DNA from: a virus
Lineage: Duplodnaviria; Caudoviricetes
DNA: 26,316 nucleotides
IMG/VR virus record: IMGVR_UViG_3300030376_005959
Coordinates: 1 to 26,316 of that record
Reading direction: 5' to 3' (one strand)
Within the stretch, counting starts at the first letter, position 1; every line of letters begins with the position of its first letter. Shown here piece by piece: positions 24,789 through 26,316 of this stretch. The notes under the pieces were generated by a model. It saw only the letters and a list, made by a program, of their open reading frames with translations. It was not told the DNA's origin and ran no database searches. Position numbers and translations under genes: made by a program.

Positions 24789-24813
24789 GGGGGGGCGTAA
24801 AAACCCCCCCTTT
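24789..24813 (+). terminator. G7/C7 hairpin (weak terminator or translational switch)
   Basis: GGGGGGG-CGTAAAAA-CCCCCCC followed by TTT. Confidence 0.45.
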
Positions 24814-24829
24814 AAAAAAGGGGTAAAAA

Positions 24830-24958
24830 ATGAATTACGACACACTACAAACTATACAAATTATATGCACTTGCTTAATAGTGTTTTCAATTCCAATAGT
24901 TGGAATATTGACAATAATAGCTAAAATATTAGAACAAAATCAAAATAAAAAGGGATAA
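24830..24958 (+). CDS. Small membrane peptide (42 aa; not in ORF track)
   Basis: MNYDTLQTIQIICTCLIVFSIPIVGILTIIAKILEQNQNKKG with AAGGGGT SD. Confidence 0.65.
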   Translation: MNYDTLQTIQIICTCLIVFSIPIVGILTIIAKILEQNQNKKG

Positions 24959-24961
24959 AAA

Positions 24962-25330
24962 ATGCAAGTAAAAAAAGATAATAAATTAAATTGGAACGGA
25001 TTAACAGAAGACGAACAGAAATTCGTTGAACATATTGTAAATAAAGAGGTTTTAACAGGTTGCAATCAATTAATAAGTAAAATTAATGAATTGGGCGATT
25101 ATATAGAGTTTGTCAATGATTACAATGAAGAAGAAGACAAATTTACAGAAGTTTTTGTTTACTTTATTGTATCGGATTGGCTATATAGAGAGCTTAATAA
25201 AATCGGAGCTGTAACGGCTGAATATGAGGGTTTATATATTTGGGGACGAACTGACTTCGGGCAAGGCTTGGACATGAATCACGAATTGAAAGAAATAGCA
25301 CAAAATGTAGTTAAAAGAAGGGGCTTTTAA
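24962..25330 (+). CDS. Conserved-looking early phage protein of unknown function
   Basis: EVFVYFIVSDWLY.EL…YIWGRTDFGQ motif; AAGGGA SD. Confidence 0.75.
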   Translation: MQVKKDNKLNWNGLTEDEQKFVEHIVNKEVLTGCNQLISKINELGDYIEFVNDYNEEEDKFTEVFVYFIVSDWLYRELNKIGAVTAEYEGLYIWGRTDFGQGLDMNHELKEIAQNVVKRRGF

Positions 25331-25501
25331 ATGATAAAAAAATGGTTTTTTATTCAAGCTAAAACGAATAATATATCTAAAAATAATTTATATATCTTTA
25401 ATCCATATTTAAAAGATGCTAAACATTGTTTAGATACTATTAATGTTATAAATAATACTAACTATAAACTAAAAGATGTAAAATATTATTTTACAGATTG
25501 A
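25331..25501 (+). CDS. Hypothetical protein (56 aa; not in ORF track)
   Basis: MIKKWFFIQAKTNN…KYYFTD. AAGGGG SD; abuts the upstream stop. Confidence 0.6.
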   Translation: MIKKWFFIQAKTNNISKNNLYIFNPYLKDAKHCLDTINVINNTNYKLKDVKYYFTD

Positions 25502-25513
25502 GAAGGGGTTTAA

Positions 25514-25663
25514 ATGATATTAGAAATAGTAATAATTCAATTAATAACAATGATCTGTATTAGTCCATTAATATGGGATGCATACAAAGCAAGACCAATA
25601 AAAAGGCGGTCTAAATTGTTATATAGTAAACACTTAAAAACATGGATAATAAAAGGGGTATAA
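25514..25663 (+). CDS. Small membrane-anchored basic protein (49 aa; not in ORF track)
   Basis: MILEIVIIQLITMICISPLIWDAYKARPIKRRSKLLYSKHLKTWIIKGV with AAGGGGT SD. Confidence 0.6.
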   Translation: MILEIVIIQLITMICISPLIWDAYKARPIKRRSKLLYSKHLKTWIIKGV

Positions 25664-25664
25664 A

Positions 25665-25850
25665 ATGAGTCATTTAGGTATTATAAAAGAAACTTACTAC
25701 GGGGATTATTGTGTAACATATTACAGGGGTTTAAAATGTATTTCAATAATAAAAGATGGTCAATATAGAAAATTTAGATATTCATCTGACACCACAACCA
25801 AAAACGCTTTAAGGCATTTTAAGGCATATTTAAAAGGCGATACAAAATAA
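25665..25850 (+). CDS. Hypothetical basic protein
   Basis: 61 aa with AAGGGGT SD; last gene before the terminator. Confidence 0.65.
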   Translation: MSHLGIIKETYYGDYCVTYYRGLKCISIIKDGQYRKFRYSSDTTTKNALRHFKAYLKGDTK

Positions 25851-25882
25851 CATATAACAACACCCTATAACAACAACACACG

Positions 25883-25909
25883 AAACCCACTTTAATCGGT
25901 GGGTTTTTT
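25883..25909 (+). terminator. Intrinsic terminator ending the rightward early operon
   Basis: AAACCCACT-TTAATC-GGTGGGTTT followed by a T-run. Confidence 0.85.
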
Positions 25910-26316
25910 GTATTCAGTATACATTACTCGTAAGTATTTAGTAAGTCTTAATAATAGCCATTTTAAGAACACTTTTTTATTAAGTTATACATCTACACCA
26001 TTTAAGCTAAATCTAATTAAATAAGCATATTTAAACGCCTTAAAATGATATTCTAAATATTGGATTAACATACCATAATCAAGGGTAATAATAAATCTTA
26101 TTACAAACTAATCTATGAAAGTATATGAAATAGGGTCAAGCCGTCGCTTATAATACCCAAATAACTCCCAAAATTACCCCTATTTAAAGAGATTATTCTA
26201 ATTTGGGGTCAATATATGCCTGAATAATTTAAGAGGTTTAAAAGGGTCTTATATACCCCCCTATAGGGGATAGGTCTCACGATTTCTCTTGGGCTACCGT
26301 TCCTCAAAAAATATGA

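Noticed and set aside
24673-24924. Track ORF of 83 aa
   Set aside because: It spans two better ORFs (24609..24779 Zn-finger and 24830..24958 TM peptide), each with an SD, and crosses a hairpin; its TTG start has no SD.
1-26316. Alternative genetic code or stop-codon reassignment
   Set aside because: Genes tile densely under the standard code, and TAA, TAG and TGA all occur as stops at coupled gene junctions.

Overview
AT-rich fragment that appears to cover most of a small tailed dsDNA phage genome with a non-contractile, siphovirus-type tail. The + strand (1-16722) carries the late module: scaffold C-terminus, major capsid protein, a lysis-like cassette (T4-type lysozyme, metallophosphoesterase, three small membrane proteins), three Ser/Thr/Asp-rich virion proteins, head-tail adaptor, tail terminator, tail tube, a tail chaperone with a -1 frameshift, tape measure, a tail-tip protein ending in a dockerin domain, a possible cohesin-like partner and a distal-tail-like protein. 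The - strand (16845-23795) carries recombination and replication genes (NinB-like, PD-(D/E)XK nucleases, resolvase, DUF968-like, initiator-like, SSB, SSAP, HTH) and an array of micro-genes. An ~800-bp divergent control region (23796-24608) holds mirror-image promoters with a shared operator, a compact multi-pseudoknotted putative ncRNA, a long hairpin and 13-bp-phased AT-rich repeats (candidate origin). A short + strand early operon and a probable genome-end region follow. No terminase, portal, integrase, polymerase, primase, helicase, tRNA or CRISPR was recognised. The best novelty candidates are the structured RNA/origin locus, the dockerin/cohesin-like tail-tip pair and apparent genome-wide CCAG/CTGG and GATC avoidance. 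All protein calls come from motif recognition and gene order; no searches were run.
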